This document shows positions 29,958 through 41,200 of a DNA stretch of 64,000 nt, piece by piece. The notes under the pieces were generated by a model that was not told the DNA's origin, did no database searches, and saw only the letters and a program-made list of their open reading frames with translations. This DNA is from an uncultured bacterium (GTDB lineage: Bacteria; Oederibacteriota; JAAXVQ01; JAUVAV01), in contig CAVQBK010000006.1 of NCBI GenBank assembly GCA_963710755.1, positions 96,001 to 160,000 on the forward strand, given 5' to 3'. Position numbers and translations under genes: made by a program. Within the stretch, counting starts at the first letter, position 1; each line of letters begins with the position of its first letter.

Positions 29958-30887
29958 TTATTTTCTTATTTTAAAAACTACTTTTTCCAAACGTGCTTTC
30001 TTAGGCACTACTTTAAACTGCTCGGTAGGGAATGTCAAGTTTTCCGCCAGCTTTTTCTGAATAATTTCACCTTTGTAACTGGCGTCATCAACATCCTTCC
30101 CATAACTTTCGATCAAAAGCGGGAATTTCTGGTAACCCATCAGGAGATCGGCGATTTCTTTCAAATACAGTTCGCCCTTTTTGCTAATGCCGGTACGACG
30201 GCCCTTCTTTTCAAATAGAGCATCATAAATCACACTGGCCAAAATTACATTATTCTTTTCATACATTAGTGATTCCAGCACAATGGGTTTGCCCATTTGG
30301 CTGGTGGGATTGGAGGCCACGTCCACAATGGAAAAAATATAAGAATAGGACGTCCCCACATCAATCATTTTACTCCTATCGTTGTTAAGACCATCCCACA
30401 CAATTTGCTGCGGCAGGCTGCCACTGCCTGAAAAATCCTTAAACACATTGCCAAACCCGTCGGTGATACGCAGACGCCATTTGGCGATGGCCACATGGCT
30501 TTTGTATTTAGGATTCAAAGTCAGGAAAGGGGCTGTTTTAAACAACTTAATATAAGGCGCTGCCGCTTCATCGCTATTTAGGGTTTTCGGCACGGATACA
30601 GCCGGTTGATCCAGAGAAGCAGGCGCCATATCGAGAATGCTGTTCTCGGTTTTAACATAATCCACGGCAATTTCATCCACATCAAACTTCAGATCCGGGT
30701 CAGGTTTCTCCGCCTTAACTTTTAAACGCAGCTTACCTTTGACCACCACTTCCTTGGAGGAATCCTCTTTCTGCGGCTTTTTTTCCGGTGGACCCGCCGG
30801 CTCATCGGCTGCATTTGCCGCCCATGGCAGAATAGTAGCCATGACCACCATGGCTGCCACGACGATCATTGAAAAACGTTTGACCAT
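29958..30887 (-). CDS. Secreted protein with FlgD-Ig-like domain and degenerate OmpA-like C-terminus
   Basis: Signal peptide; WRLRITDGFGNVFKDFSGSGSLPQQIVWDG (shared with the PorV-like paralogues); C-terminus LF...LYLKEIADLL...LLIESY. Confidence 0.55.
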   Translation of the reverse strand: MVKRFSMIVVAAMVVMATILPWAANAADEPAGPPEKKPQKEDSSKEVVVKGKLRLKVKAEKPDPDLKFDVDEIAVDYVKTENSILDMAPASLDQPAVSVPKTLNSDEAAAPYIKLFKTAPFLTLNPKYKSHVAIAKWRLRITDGFGNVFKDFSGSGSLPQQIVWDGLNNDRSKMIDVGTSYSYIFSIVDVASNPTSQMGKPIVLESLMYEKNNVILASVIYDALFEKKGRRTGISKKGELYLKEIADLLMGYQKFPLLIESYGKDVDDASYKGEIIQKKLAENLTFPTEQFKVVPKKARLEKVVFKIRK

Positions 30888-30891
30888 TATC

Positions 30892-31926
30892 TCACCTCGA
30901 AAGTCTGAAATAAAATGCGATGGTGCCCTCTTGTTCCACCTGCCGCTCGCTGGGCATAAGAGGGGCGAATTTAAATCGTTTCAATGCTTCCATGGCAAGA
31001 TTGTCAATCTCACCGTAGCCGGAGCCTTGCTCCACATATAAGTTGTTTTTAACATCCCCGCTGGGCATTACAAACAAGTGGATACTAACGGTACATTCTA
31101 TTCCTTGTTCTTCTGCCCATCGCGGATAGCGGGGCATAAACATTTTCAACACTTTACGATTGGCAATTTCTCCAAAAACCTGAAACGTATTCTGTTCCCG
31201 GTTCATGGTCAGACCCGCACCGGAAAGGTCTACTTTTTTTTCGACTTTTTTCTTTTTGATGGTCGGCATGTCCATCAAAGAACCACCGCGGGTTTGTAAA
31301 TTGGCCCGTTTGGCAAACCGCTGAGTGTTGAGTACGGGCGCTTGGCGGGCAGAAGCAAAGGAACTTTTCTTGCCCAATTTGATACCCGTTGGTAAATTGG
31401 CGGTCTTTGCCAAAGAAGTATTTTTCTTATTCATTTGCAAAGGATTAATATCCATGCCCGCCGGCGCCCGAACCGCTTTTTTACCTACCAAATCAAGAGG
31501 CTGGTTAGCCATGGACGGCTTATCCAAGTCCTTTTTCGAACCTAATTTCAAGGCATCGGGCATTGCCGACAGTTTGGGGGCATCTGCTTTTTTCGGCAGC
31601 TCCATAGGCAGTTGTGATGCCAATTCAGGCGCCTTTTTCAAAGGAATAGCCTGTTTCAGAAAGTCCCAAACATTGGTTTCTTCTTTGGGCATGGGGATGG
31701 GCGGTGGTGGTGGTGCTTGTTCTTCCGGGATAGGAATAATTTGCTCCACCATAGTTATTTCGGTTAGCATTAAATCATTTTTGGCTTGTTGATGGCTGAA
31801 AAAAGCAATCAGGAACAAAATCGAGCCATGCAACAGCAAAGATGTAAGGCTGCCTTTAATCAAGCCGGGCGGGTCAAAATCACCGGCAAATTTACGGTCT
31901 TCTTCGATGATAATTCTAAAACTCAT
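30892..31926 (-). CDS. TonB family energy transducer
   Basis: TM segment with SLLLH (SHLS-like motif), Pro-rich linker, TonB_C (PRYPRWAEEQGIEC.V...G.V....GSGY..IDNLAMEALKRFKFAP). Confidence 0.9.
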   Translation of the reverse strand: MSFRIIIEEDRKFAGDFDPPGLIKGSLTSLLLHGSILFLIAFFSHQQAKNDLMLTEITMVEQIIPIPEEQAPPPPPIPMPKEETNVWDFLKQAIPLKKAPELASQLPMELPKKADAPKLSAMPDALKLGSKKDLDKPSMANQPLDLVGKKAVRAPAGMDINPLQMNKKNTSLAKTANLPTGIKLGKKSSFASARQAPVLNTQRFAKRANLQTRGGSLMDMPTIKKKKVEKKVDLSGAGLTMNREQNTFQVFGEIANRKVLKMFMPRYPRWAEEQGIECTVSIHLFVMPSGDVKNNLYVEQGSGYGEIDNLAMEALKRFKFAPLMPSERQVEQEGTIAFYFRLSR

Positions 31927-31937
31927 GGTTGGCTTCC

Positions 31938-32342
31938 TTATTTTTTATGTTCGGTGGCGAACACCAGCTTTTTGGCGCCTAACTCTTTCGCTAAATCAAG
32001 TACTTTGACCACTATGCCATGGTTGGTCAGTTTATCAGCTCGGATAATGACGTATTTGTCGCTACTTTCCTGAAGTTTCAGTTTAAGTTCAGCTTTTAGT
32101 TCATCTTCAGAAACTTCCTTGGAATTGACCGCCATTTTATCGTCAGGATCTATGGTGATGGTGATATTTTCTGCTGATTCCCCTTCATCGGTGACGGCCT
32201 TGGGCAATTCCACCTCCATGATGGGCTGACTAAACAACGGTGCTGTAACCATGAAAATAATAACCAACACCAGGCACACATCCACCAAAGGCGTTACATT
32301 GATATCGGATATGGCTTCATCATTGCTACCGCTTGCACCCAT
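31938..32342 (-). CDS. exbD: ExbD/TolR family protein
   Basis: INVTPLVDVCLVLVIIFMV with the essential Asp; VIIRADK...HGIVVKVLD. Confidence 0.92.
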   Translation of the reverse strand: MGASGSNDEAISDINVTPLVDVCLVLVIIFMVTAPLFSQPIMEVELPKAVTDEGESAENITITIDPDDKMAVNSKEVSEDELKAELKLKLQESSDKYVIIRADKLTNHGIVVKVLDLAKELGAKKLVFATEHKK

Positions 32343-32359
32343 TTAACCTGCCTCCAGAA

Positions 32360-32806
32360 TTAACGCTTGTGCCTACCTTTTTTCTTGGCTAGTTTTCCCA
32401 TTTTTGGTTTACGCATGATGGACAAGCCTTCCGCCCCGCTTTGTTTGGCAATGTCCAGAACTTGAACCACCAATCCATGCTTGACATCATCATCACTGCT
32501 AATCGTCACCACTTTGTTTTTATTTACTTTTAATTTAGCGGTCATCAGCGCCGGCAGCGCTTCAATGGAGACGGCTTTATCATTAAGGTAGATATTATCT
32601 TTGGTCAGGCGTACGGCCACGGATTCATTTTGCGAAACTTTTCCTTCCGCGGCGTCAACCTTACTGCTACCGACAATAATCCCCGCTTGCATGGTCAGAG
32701 GTGCCGTCACCATAAAGATGATGACCAATACCAAACACACATCGACCAACGGTGTAACATTTATTTCCGAGATGGCATCTTTTCCACCGCCACCGCCCAT
32801 ACCCAT
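32360..32806 (-). CDS. exbD: ExbD/TolR family protein (second copy)
   Basis: Same INVTPLVDVCLVLVIIFMVTAPL segment; VTISSDDDVKHGLVVQVLD; AAGGAGG RBS before MGMGG. Confidence 0.92.
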   Translation of the reverse strand: MGMGGGGGKDAISEINVTPLVDVCLVLVIIFMVTAPLTMQAGIIVGSSKVDAAEGKVSQNESVAVRLTKDNIYLNDKAVSIEALPALMTAKLKVNKNKVVTISSDDDVKHGLVVQVLDIAKQSGAEGLSIMRKPKMGKLAKKKGRHKR

Positions 32807-33059
32807 AGTGGTAACGCCTCCTTCTTGTGCTTGCATCCATCAAACCGGCAGCGCCGGAATAAATACTATTTTTCACGCAACCTCGGCAAAATCCACACCT
32901 TCATAACGACAGATTATTCTTACTTACGCCTGGTTATCGTCCTTTGTGTAAGTGAATGAACGCCTGTCTATACATAGTTCGGTTAACCTTAATTCCAAAA
33001 CCACGCGCAGTTAACTTTTCAATTGCTGCTAATGCGTCGTCACGTCGTTCACGAAATCC

Positions 33060-33710
33060 TTAAACGGCTTTCCTTTTGCCGGCTTGTACTTCCCTGTTTT
33101 TCAAAATAGTCAAAAAGCGTTTTTGTACGGCTTCCATTTCCGTATTCATGGTCTTGACCTTGCGCATGAAGAAGTTAAAGACCACCACGCAGGGAATGGC
33201 CACGGCCAAGCCTGCCGCCGTGGCGACCAAAGCTTCGGCAATACCTGCCGCCACCACGGTGGGACCGCCTGATCCGGAAGCTGCCAAATCATGAAAGGCT
33301 TTAATAATCCCGACCACCGTCCCAAACAAGCCGATAAAGGGAGATGAACTGCCCAGGGTGCCCAGCACGCCCAAATATCTTTCCAATTTGACATGTTCCT
33401 CTTCCCGGGTAGCTGTCATCAATTCATCCAACTGGTGATAATCGAGTTCGCGGTTTAATAGGCCGACGCGAAGTACAGCGGCAACACCACTGCGATCGCG
33501 TTCACAAGCCGCAATGGCTTCCTGATAATTTTCATTTTCCAAAGACATTTTTATCCGGGATAAAAACCGGGTGGAATCCACCCTGGCGCGACGGTAAAAA
33601 AGAAACCGCTCCACCATGAAAGCCACGGCTAGAATGGAACATACCGATAGAATCATGAGGGTAAACGAACTTTTAAAAATTTCTACAAAATCCAGATTTC
33701 CGAGATCCAT
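33060..33710 (-). CDS. exbB: MotA/TolQ/ExbB proton channel protein
   Basis: LGTLGSSSPFIGLFGTVVGII...GIAEALVATAAGLAVAIP. Confidence 0.93.
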   Translation of the reverse strand: MDLGNLDFVEIFKSSFTLMILSVCSILAVAFMVERFLFYRRARVDSTRFLSRIKMSLENENYQEAIAACERDRSGVAAVLRVGLLNRELDYHQLDELMTATREEEHVKLERYLGVLGTLGSSSPFIGLFGTVVGIIKAFHDLAASGSGGPTVVAAGIAEALVATAAGLAVAIPCVVVFNFFMRKVKTMNTEMEAVQKRFLTILKNREVQAGKRKAV

Positions 33711-33730
33711 GTGTGACGCCCCCTTGCTTA

Positions 33731-36700
33731 TTATTTCTTTTTGGATTTTTTACTATTTTTTTTCTTACTGCTGCTTTTTTGGGTAGCTTTTGTTGGTTTG
33801 TTTTTTTGAGCAGCCGCTGTGGTTTTTGGTGCTTTATGTTTCATAAAGTCATCCACCTCGGCAGCATGCTCCGCTCTAATCACCGCCATTCTGGCTTTGG
33901 CCGCTTGTTGCCATTGGGGTTGTGCCCCGGAGCTGGCCAAATCCTGATAAACATCAAAGGCCGGGCCCCATTTTTCCAATTCCTCATACAGGCTGCCAAG
34001 TTTGGCCAAACCTGTCAATCGATAAATATCATTAGCCGGTCTGATGGAACGCACATCCTCCAGGGCCTTGGCCGCATTTTCTTTGTCCTCCATATTCATG
34101 TAGGCATCCGCAATGGAGTAAAGAATCTCATTTTTCTGATCCGCAAAATCCTTGTTACCTACCATTTCCCGGTAAATTTTAATGGCCGATGGATATCGTT
34201 TCTCGTCACGATAAGTATTGGCGATCTGCAACAAGGATTCTTTGGCCTTGGGATCGTCGGGAAATTTTTTATAGAATTCGGTATATTTTTCGATGGCCTG
34301 ACGCCATTTTTTCATTTTTTTATAACACAAGGCGATGTTATACAGAGCATTGGGCGCATAATCCGTTTTGGCGTGAAGATCCACAATTTCCTGGTAAACC
34401 TCGATGGCCTTATCATATTCTTCCTTGGCAAAGTAACCTGTGGCCAGACGAAAACGCACATCCACCACCAGCTCATGATCAGGGAAGTTACGGATGAACG
34501 CCTGATAGCTGCGCAAGGCTTTGTCCTTGTCTCCGGCGGTATCATCACAAATAGCAATATAATATTGGGCATTAGGCAGCAGAGAACTTTCAGGATAATC
34601 GGCAATCAGTTGCTGAAATGCTGCCACGCATTGTTTTAAATTTTTCTCCTGATAATAAATTTCACCGACGCGGTAAAGCGCGTCAATGGCCAGGCGGCTA
34701 TTGGGAAAGTTGGTTACAAATTCCATCAGCTGGGGCACGGCATCAGCACTGGCGCCTTTGCGGTAATAGCTGAGTTGAATGCCCTCGATCGCTTCCTTGA
34801 CTTTGGGATCTTCCGGATATTCGTTAATGAATTTCTTGTAAGCCGCGATAGCCTTGTCATCCATTTTTGCATTGTAATAACATTGGGCCACATGGAGCTG
34901 GATTTCCTTGCGGTAGGGATTTTCCTCTTCCGGCCATTGTTTCAGCATTTCATATGCCGCAATGGCTTTGTCATACTGCTGAGCTTTAAAGAACGTGTCG
35001 GCCATCTTATAGGCTGCTTCCGGCGCTTTCTCACTTTGCTTGTAATAAGTGACCACTCTATTCCAAGCATCAATAGCATTTGCATAGTATTCCAATTGAT
35101 AATAAGCCTGGCCGGCGTAGAAATAAGCATCGCCGGCTTCTTTCATTTTGGGGTTGCCTCGGGCAAATTCTTCATATTTGACTATGGCGTCTTCATATTT
35201 GCGGTTGTTGAACAGGCTGTGAGCTTCCATGAGGGTCGCATAAGTTACCAATTTTGGTTCAACGTCTTCCGCGCCAGCCAAGTCCTTAGCCGTGCGTTTA
35301 GCTTTGTTGTAATCGCCTAATTCAAAATAACTGTAACTCAATCCCAGCTTGGCCCAATTGAGTACGGGAGAATCGGAAAAATTATCGGTGATTTTTTTGT
35401 ACTGATCGGCGGCTTGAGAGAACATGCCCATATGGTAATAGGCTTCGGCCAAATAAAAATAGGACAATGAACGCCAGATACTTTTAGATGGCGGGAAATT
35501 GGCGGCCAACACTTTTAAAATATAATGGGTAGTGGAAATTAATTGTTCATATTGTTTGGGAATATAATAGGCCATCTGCAAAGCCGCCAAGGCAGCGTCG
35601 GAAACATCAGAATATTTGTATTTCATCAAGATATTTTGGTATATGGGTATGGCCTGTACATAAATCTCCTGCTTGAAGTAACTGTTGGCGAGTAAATAGG
35701 TGGCCAACTGAACATTTTCATGAACCGGATAGGTGGAAAGGAATTGCTTGAAGGTGTTTAAGGCTTCTTTGGACTTATTGGTCCGGAGCATGACCCAGCC
35801 CGATTTAAATTTCGCACTGCCCGCCACATAGGTATTGGGGAATTGCTGGCCCACTTTGGTATAAACGGCAATGGCTTCTTCATAGCGCTTCAGATTTCTC
35901 AGACATTCCCCTTTCAGATACATGGCATTGGCCATGATATCCGAGTCCTGACCGCCGGCATTGAGCAGTTTCTCAAAATCAACCAGTGCTTTTTCAAATG
36001 CCTCCTGGCGTATTTCCGAGACCCCCAGTTTATAGAGTGCATAGGTGCGGTATTTAGATTGAGGATATTTCTTTAAAAAAGTGTTGAATTCCGTGACTGC
36101 AACCGGATAGTTTTCACCTTTGTAGTAGGAATCAGCTTTATTAAATGCGGCATCCAGGGCATAGATAGAATCGGGAAAATTTTCAACCACTTTTTTATAA
36201 CTGGCCGCAGCAGGCAGGAAACGATTTAACTTGTCCAGACATTGTCCAACATAGTACGTGGCCATATCGCCATCAATGCTTTGGAAATACTGAAGAGCCT
36301 GGGCATATTGCTTATTGTGATAGTAAACCAGCCCTAATGGCATTTTTACTTTTTTCTCTTTTCGGTAATAGGGATAGCGCTCGGTCAGTTCCCCGATTTT
36401 AGCGGAAGCTTCCCGCCATTTCTTCAGGGCAATATAACTTAATATCTGGCCGTATAAGGCTTCAGCACGGTAAAAGGTGCCCGAATATTTCTGCAGAAGC
36501 TCCGTCCATTTGGCGATCGCCGTTTTATATTCCTTTTGATTGTAATAACATTCCCCGATACGATAAAAGGCGGAATCAGAAAACAATTCCCGCGGGTATT
36601 TCTTGCCAAATTCTTCAAAGGCATTGGCTGCTTTATTATAAAATCCCTGCTGGTAGAGCGTTTCTCCCACCATGTAGGCAGCCCTGGCAGCTTCCGGCAA

Positions 36701-36910
36701 ACGGTTGAATTTGTTGGCAAAATCCTTCCATTCCTTGGTCAGCTCTTCATTTTTAATATCCACCACCGTGCCGTCAAAAAGCTGCTGCCAACTTTCTTCC
36801 GCTTGTTTTACCAACTCCTGATCATCAGCCCGCACCGCCTGTACCATCACGGATGAAAAAATCGCCATACTTACCAGGATAGTAAAGAAGCCTTTTCCTT
36901 TACTTGACAT
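33731..36910 (-). CDS. Very large periplasmic TPR protein (BamD/CpoB-like repeats)
   Basis: Signal peptide after MSSKGKG, about 20+ TPR units with YP.S / FP.S capping motifs, and a Lys-rich tail. Confidence 0.85.
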   Translation of the reverse strand: MSSKGKGFFTILVSMAIFSSVMVQAVRADDQELVKQAEESWQQLFDGTVVDIKNEELTKEWKDFANKFNRLPEAARAAYMVGETLYQQGFYNKAANAFEEFGKKYPRELFSDSAFYRIGECYYNQKEYKTAIAKWTELLQKYSGTFYRAEALYGQILSYIALKKWREASAKIGELTERYPYYRKEKKVKMPLGLVYYHNKQYAQALQYFQSIDGDMATYYVGQCLDKLNRFLPAAASYKKVVENFPDSIYALDAAFNKADSYYKGENYPVAVTEFNTFLKKYPQSKYRTYALYKLGVSEIRQEAFEKALVDFEKLLNAGGQDSDIMANAMYLKGECLRNLKRYEEAIAVYTKVGQQFPNTYVAGSAKFKSGWVMLRTNKSKEALNTFKQFLSTYPVHENVQLATYLLANSYFKQEIYVQAIPIYQNILMKYKYSDVSDAALAALQMAYYIPKQYEQLISTTHYILKVLAANFPPSKSIWRSLSYFYLAEAYYHMGMFSQAADQYKKITDNFSDSPVLNWAKLGLSYSYFELGDYNKAKRTAKDLAGAEDVEPKLVTYATLMEAHSLFNNRKYEDAIVKYEEFARGNPKMKEAGDAYFYAGQAYYQLEYYANAIDAWNRVVTYYKQSEKAPEAAYKMADTFFKAQQYDKAIAAYEMLKQWPEEENPYRKEIQLHVAQCYYNAKMDDKAIAAYKKFINEYPEDPKVKEAIEGIQLSYYRKGASADAVPQLMEFVTNFPNSRLAIDALYRVGEIYYQEKNLKQCVAAFQQLIADYPESSLLPNAQYYIAICDDTAGDKDKALRSYQAFIRNFPDHELVVDVRFRLATGYFAKEEYDKAIEVYQEIVDLHAKTDYAPNALYNIALCYKKMKKWRQAIEKYTEFYKKFPDDPKAKESLLQIANTYRDEKRYPSAIKIYREMVGNKDFADQKNEILYSIADAYMNMEDKENAAKALEDVRSIRPANDIYRLTGLAKLGSLYEELEKWGPAFDVYQDLASSGAQPQWQQAAKARMAVIRAEHAAEVDDFMKHKAPKTTAAAQKNKPTKATQKSSSKKKNSKKSKKK

Positions 36911-36963
36911 GGTATACCCCTTTTGATTGTAATGATTTACTATTGTTCCGGGAAAGAGCCTGA

Positions 36964-38214
36964 TCAATCCAAAGACAACCCTGTATCCCCACCCAGAGGC
37001 ACTGCGCTCTGTATTTTCACTGTTTCAATGTTGGATTTGATCACCTTGCCGTTACTATCGGTGGTGATTAATTGAGCCGAAAAATTTCCATCAGGAGCCG
37101 GTAATCCACGATCATCCTTACCGGTCCATACAATCTGGTTTGGCGGATTTTCTTCGCCGGACCAGGATTTTACAATATCGCCATTTTGATCTTTAATATT
37201 AAATTCCCAATCACGAATAGGATACTTTGACACCGCCGTAAGGGCAAAGGTGGTGGTTTTTTTGATACCCACAGGAGAAAATATTTTCGGATTGGCCTTG
37301 ACCGTAATTTCAAATCCACCAAAAGAGTAACCTGCTGAAATCTTGTGAGAAATTCCCAAAGGTTCAATCCCGGCAGCATAATCAAGGGTAATATTCATGT
37401 ATTTGGCGCCCACGCCTGCCGAGACCCGCATTTCATCATCCAGCCCGGCCCGGACAAAAGCCATGTCCTCATACACATCCAATTCACCGCCGACCTTCCA
37501 TTTGATCGAAGGCTGGGGGCCAAAAGATTTACTCACATCCACATCCAGAAGTAAATCGTCATTGAACAGCATACCCCCAATGCCCAGGACAGCCTTGCCG
37601 AAGTAGGTATCGCCCAACACTTGTGGGGTCAGAGCATTTTGCAGGTATAGGCCAATCTGCATTTCCGGTATGGGCCGGTAAGTCCCACCCACATCAATAC
37701 CCACACCCGTGCCGGTATGACCAAAGAAGTTGTCATAGGCCACTTTAACACTGGCACCGGCGGAAATATTAGACATCAAATCGCGGGCATAACTTAGATA
37801 GAAAGACCCTTGCATCATGGAACTGGAAAAATCGCTGCTGACGTTATAATTTTCATCACGAACATCGAAGCCGGGGGACGTCAAGGCGATAATCCCCACC
37901 CCGATATTACCCACTTCCCTAATCGGCATGGCAAACCCCAGGAAGTCAAACATGGTGTTTTCAAACAAAATGACATGCTGCACGCCGATCTGGATTGGAT
38001 TTTGATTAGCCAAGCCGGCAGGATTATAAAAAATAGCGCTTACATCATCGGCCAACCCGGCCATAGCACCGGCCATACCGGATGCTCTGGCACCAATATC
38101 ATAACTCTGATATTCCCCGGGCAGACCGCTGTCGCCGGTGACGGCTGCAGCCGGTGTACTCCAAGGAATTAATGTCATCATTGCCAAACAGACCATCAAG
38201 AGCATTTTTTTCAT
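36964..38214 (-). CDS. PorV/PorQ (UPF0164/FadL-like) outer-membrane barrel with C-terminal FlgD-Ig-like domain
   Basis: Signal peptide; GARASGMAGA..GLADDVSAIFYNPAGL; barrel strands ending LDYA...HKISAGYSF; then PKIFSPVGIKKTT...WEFNIKD...IVWTGKD..G...PDG.F. Confidence 0.8.
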   Translation of the reverse strand: MKKMLLMVCLAMMTLIPWSTPAAAVTGDSGLPGEYQSYDIGARASGMAGAMAGLADDVSAIFYNPAGLANQNPIQIGVQHVILFENTMFDFLGFAMPIREVGNIGVGIIALTSPGFDVRDENYNVSSDFSSSMMQGSFYLSYARDLMSNISAGASVKVAYDNFFGHTGTGVGIDVGGTYRPIPEMQIGLYLQNALTPQVLGDTYFGKAVLGIGGMLFNDDLLLDVDVSKSFGPQPSIKWKVGGELDVYEDMAFVRAGLDDEMRVSAGVGAKYMNITLDYAAGIEPLGISHKISAGYSFGGFEITVKANPKIFSPVGIKKTTTFALTAVSKYPIRDWEFNIKDQNGDIVKSWSGEENPPNQIVWTGKDDRGLPAPDGNFSAQLITTDSNGKVIKSNIETVKIQSAVPLGGDTGLSLD

Positions 38215-38293
38215 CAGTTGGTCACCTGCTTTCTTGACGATTAATATTTTTTAACACCATCCTAAACTTCTTTATCCTTTTGCGTCGGGAAAA

Positions 38294-41200
38294 TTAATTC
38301 CCTTTATAAACACCCAGTTTAAAGCGTTTGCGTTCCTTGCCATTGACCTTGACGAGCACGATATAGCCGCCGTTGGCGATGGTAACACCACTATCGTTTT
38401 TGCCCAACCAGCTCACTGAGTTGACGCCTCGTTTGGCTCCAGGCTGATCGGAGGGGATGGATTTGGTCCATACCAGATTACCCAACAAGGTGTAGATTTC
38501 AATCTTCACGTCAGCCGGTTCGTCCAGCTTGTAATCAATGTGCGCAACCTGACCCAGGAGAGGATTGAAGGGGTTGGGATAGACGCCGCCTTCGCCCGTG
38601 ACCGTCACATTCATGGTCAGTATTCCCGTGGCGCTGCCCGCATGGGCGGTAATGGTATGTTGCAAGTTTTCCGCCCGGGCGATAAAGGTCGTTTGTGCCG
38701 TGCCATTGGTGGAGTTGGTTGCGGTCTGGGTCAAGCTCAACGTACTGGTCGTGGCACCATTGGCCGTCAGGTCAAAAGTAACCGGTGAATCAACGACATA
38801 GTTATTATTCACATCCAGCACCTGGGCATAGATAGGCACGTTGTGGTTGGCCTCGACTTGATAAGTGGTGCCTTCCACTAAATTATCGGGATCACTGGAC
38901 ATCAGGATCCGTGATGGTGCCGAAGCGCTAACATCAATGCGCGGCGAATAACCTGGAGCCACTGGATAAAGATCCCCGGCATCAAGATCATGAGCCCGTA
39001 TGTAAATCGTCTGGGCCACGTCATAGGTCTCATTGGGAATGTCGCAGACACCATTCAGGATTTGACTTGTATTGATGGACAAGTTTCCGGAAGCCGGTGT
39101 CAGCGGAGAAATGCTGCTGTAAACATCGAGTACAAATTGTTTGGTTAGCGAAACAATCTGATGGAGCGTGTCATGGACCACTTCCACCCTCACATTAAAG
39201 GTACTGGGATGGGCTTCCACCAAAACAGTTTGGTTATCCGACACGCGGATGCCATTAATAACCAATTCATAATGGAACAAGCCTGTCTGAGATATCTGAA
39301 GATAAGCGACCGTTTTAGATTCAGCACCATCGATAATACTGCCATTGGTCAGGTCATAAGGGGTCAATGTCCTCAAGCCATTGCTACGCAATTGGGCATT
39401 GAACCAGGCCCGGCCGCCACTTAAGGTATCATTCAGGAACGCCCCGGAATTGGGTTCCGCTCCGCTATTGGGATCATCAGAACGTAGTTCAATGGAATTA
39501 GTCGGCGCGCTGCTGCCTACAAAGTTACCGAACAAGTCCACCGCCTGAACCGTGACGGCAAAGTAAATCCCTTCCACTTCAATGTTACCCTCATAAGTAG
39601 TGCCGGTTAGGCCTGAAACACCGCTATACCAACTATTAGCCGGCAGACCCTGCACAGCCCCGGTGGCCAGGCCGGAATTACCGCTGCCTTCCACGGCGGT
39701 CAAGCCGGGCACCAATATCTGAAGTCCATAATAAGCACCGGGATTAACGGTAATATTGGGCGTCGTTCCATCCGTCGCTGTCACGGTCGTCGGACTAAAA
39801 GTAATGGTTTGCGTTCCCTTGGTATGGAATCTGAAGGTATTGGTAAAGTCCGCATAACCATTGATATTATCCACCTGTTTATTGATCGGTGGCGGTGAGT
39901 AAGGGTCGGATGTATCAAGGGACACATTAAAAGACGGCGTGCCCTTCACAATATTGCCGTAGATGTCGCAGGTATAGGCCCGCAGGGCCGAAGCATGAAT
40001 CCCGGCTGTTTCCGCCGAAGGATTACCGAAGTTGTTAAATACATTTACTGACGCAGGTGGCGGTGTGGAAGGATAAAGCGCGCCCGTGGGATCCACATAA
40101 GTACCACCGGCACCCAAATCATCGGGAATACTCATGCCTGTGGTATAGGCCACCACCCGGGCAAAAGAATTATTAAGGACATTGAAATTTTGGGATACGC
40201 CGGTACGGCCTCCGGCGCCAAAATCATAAGCCGCGGTCAGAAATTCCCCGCCACCGGTAACCTTTTTGTATACATAAATCCAGGGATAGGAAATACCTTC
40301 GGTCCACTTGGTAGCATCAAGCGTACCCATTTTGGTAGGCCACATGCTCTTATTGCTGATATCCGTATTGGCGCTCAAATTAACACTGGTATAGGTCCCA
40401 AAGGCCACGCCGCCATTGAGTGAGTTGAGGGTGTTGCCGTAACAATCCACAGCTGCCACGGTGACGGCAAAGGGTGCACCCGCTACCGCTGCACCGCTGC
40501 TGAAAGCGGCCTGGCTGGTATTGATGATAAAGTTAAACCTTCTGGTCCTGCTGTCATAAGGTGAAACAATATCCAGATTGGCTGCCGCATGTTTGACGGG
40601 CACGGCGTTTTTATTGGTGCCAAGAACATAAGTGGTATAGCCGCCTAAATTCACACCGATCTGCTGGCCTGTACTGCCATTAACCTTGTAGAGCACAAAG
40701 CTGTTGTTGGCTTGATAAACACCATTGCTCAGATTCACGGACAAGGTACCACCGCTGAATTGACCCACCCCCAGGATTTGAGCCGGGAAAGGATCAGTAC
40801 AGGTAATGGTGATGACTTTATTGGCATCTTGCGCAGGCGTGGTGACGGTGTTCCAGTAGTCATCGCAGAGATAGAAATCTATCTTGGTAATGGGGCTACC
40901 GGCAATCTGGATCGCCGGCTGGCCCTGGATGGATAACTCGCCTGTGGGGTCCACGTCAGGATTGAGGCCATTGAATAATTCCATGCCCCCTTCTTCCACA
41001 ATCAGCATTTTGGTGGGCACATTATGGCAAATCCTAATGGTGGCTGAGTTGTTCTGGGTCGACCCCAAAGATACGGTAATATTATTGTTTTCAGTAGGTG
41101 TCCGGTTGGCCCTGAACACGGTGACTTGCCCATTCCACACGCCGTTGGTAAAGGTAATGGAGGTGGGACGAATGACCTTCATGGTGGGACTGTGATCAAG

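Noticed and set aside
30892-33710. Tol-Pal operon
   Set aside because: No TolB or Pal, two ExbD copies, and the energy transducer has a TonB_C rather than a TolA-like helical domain.
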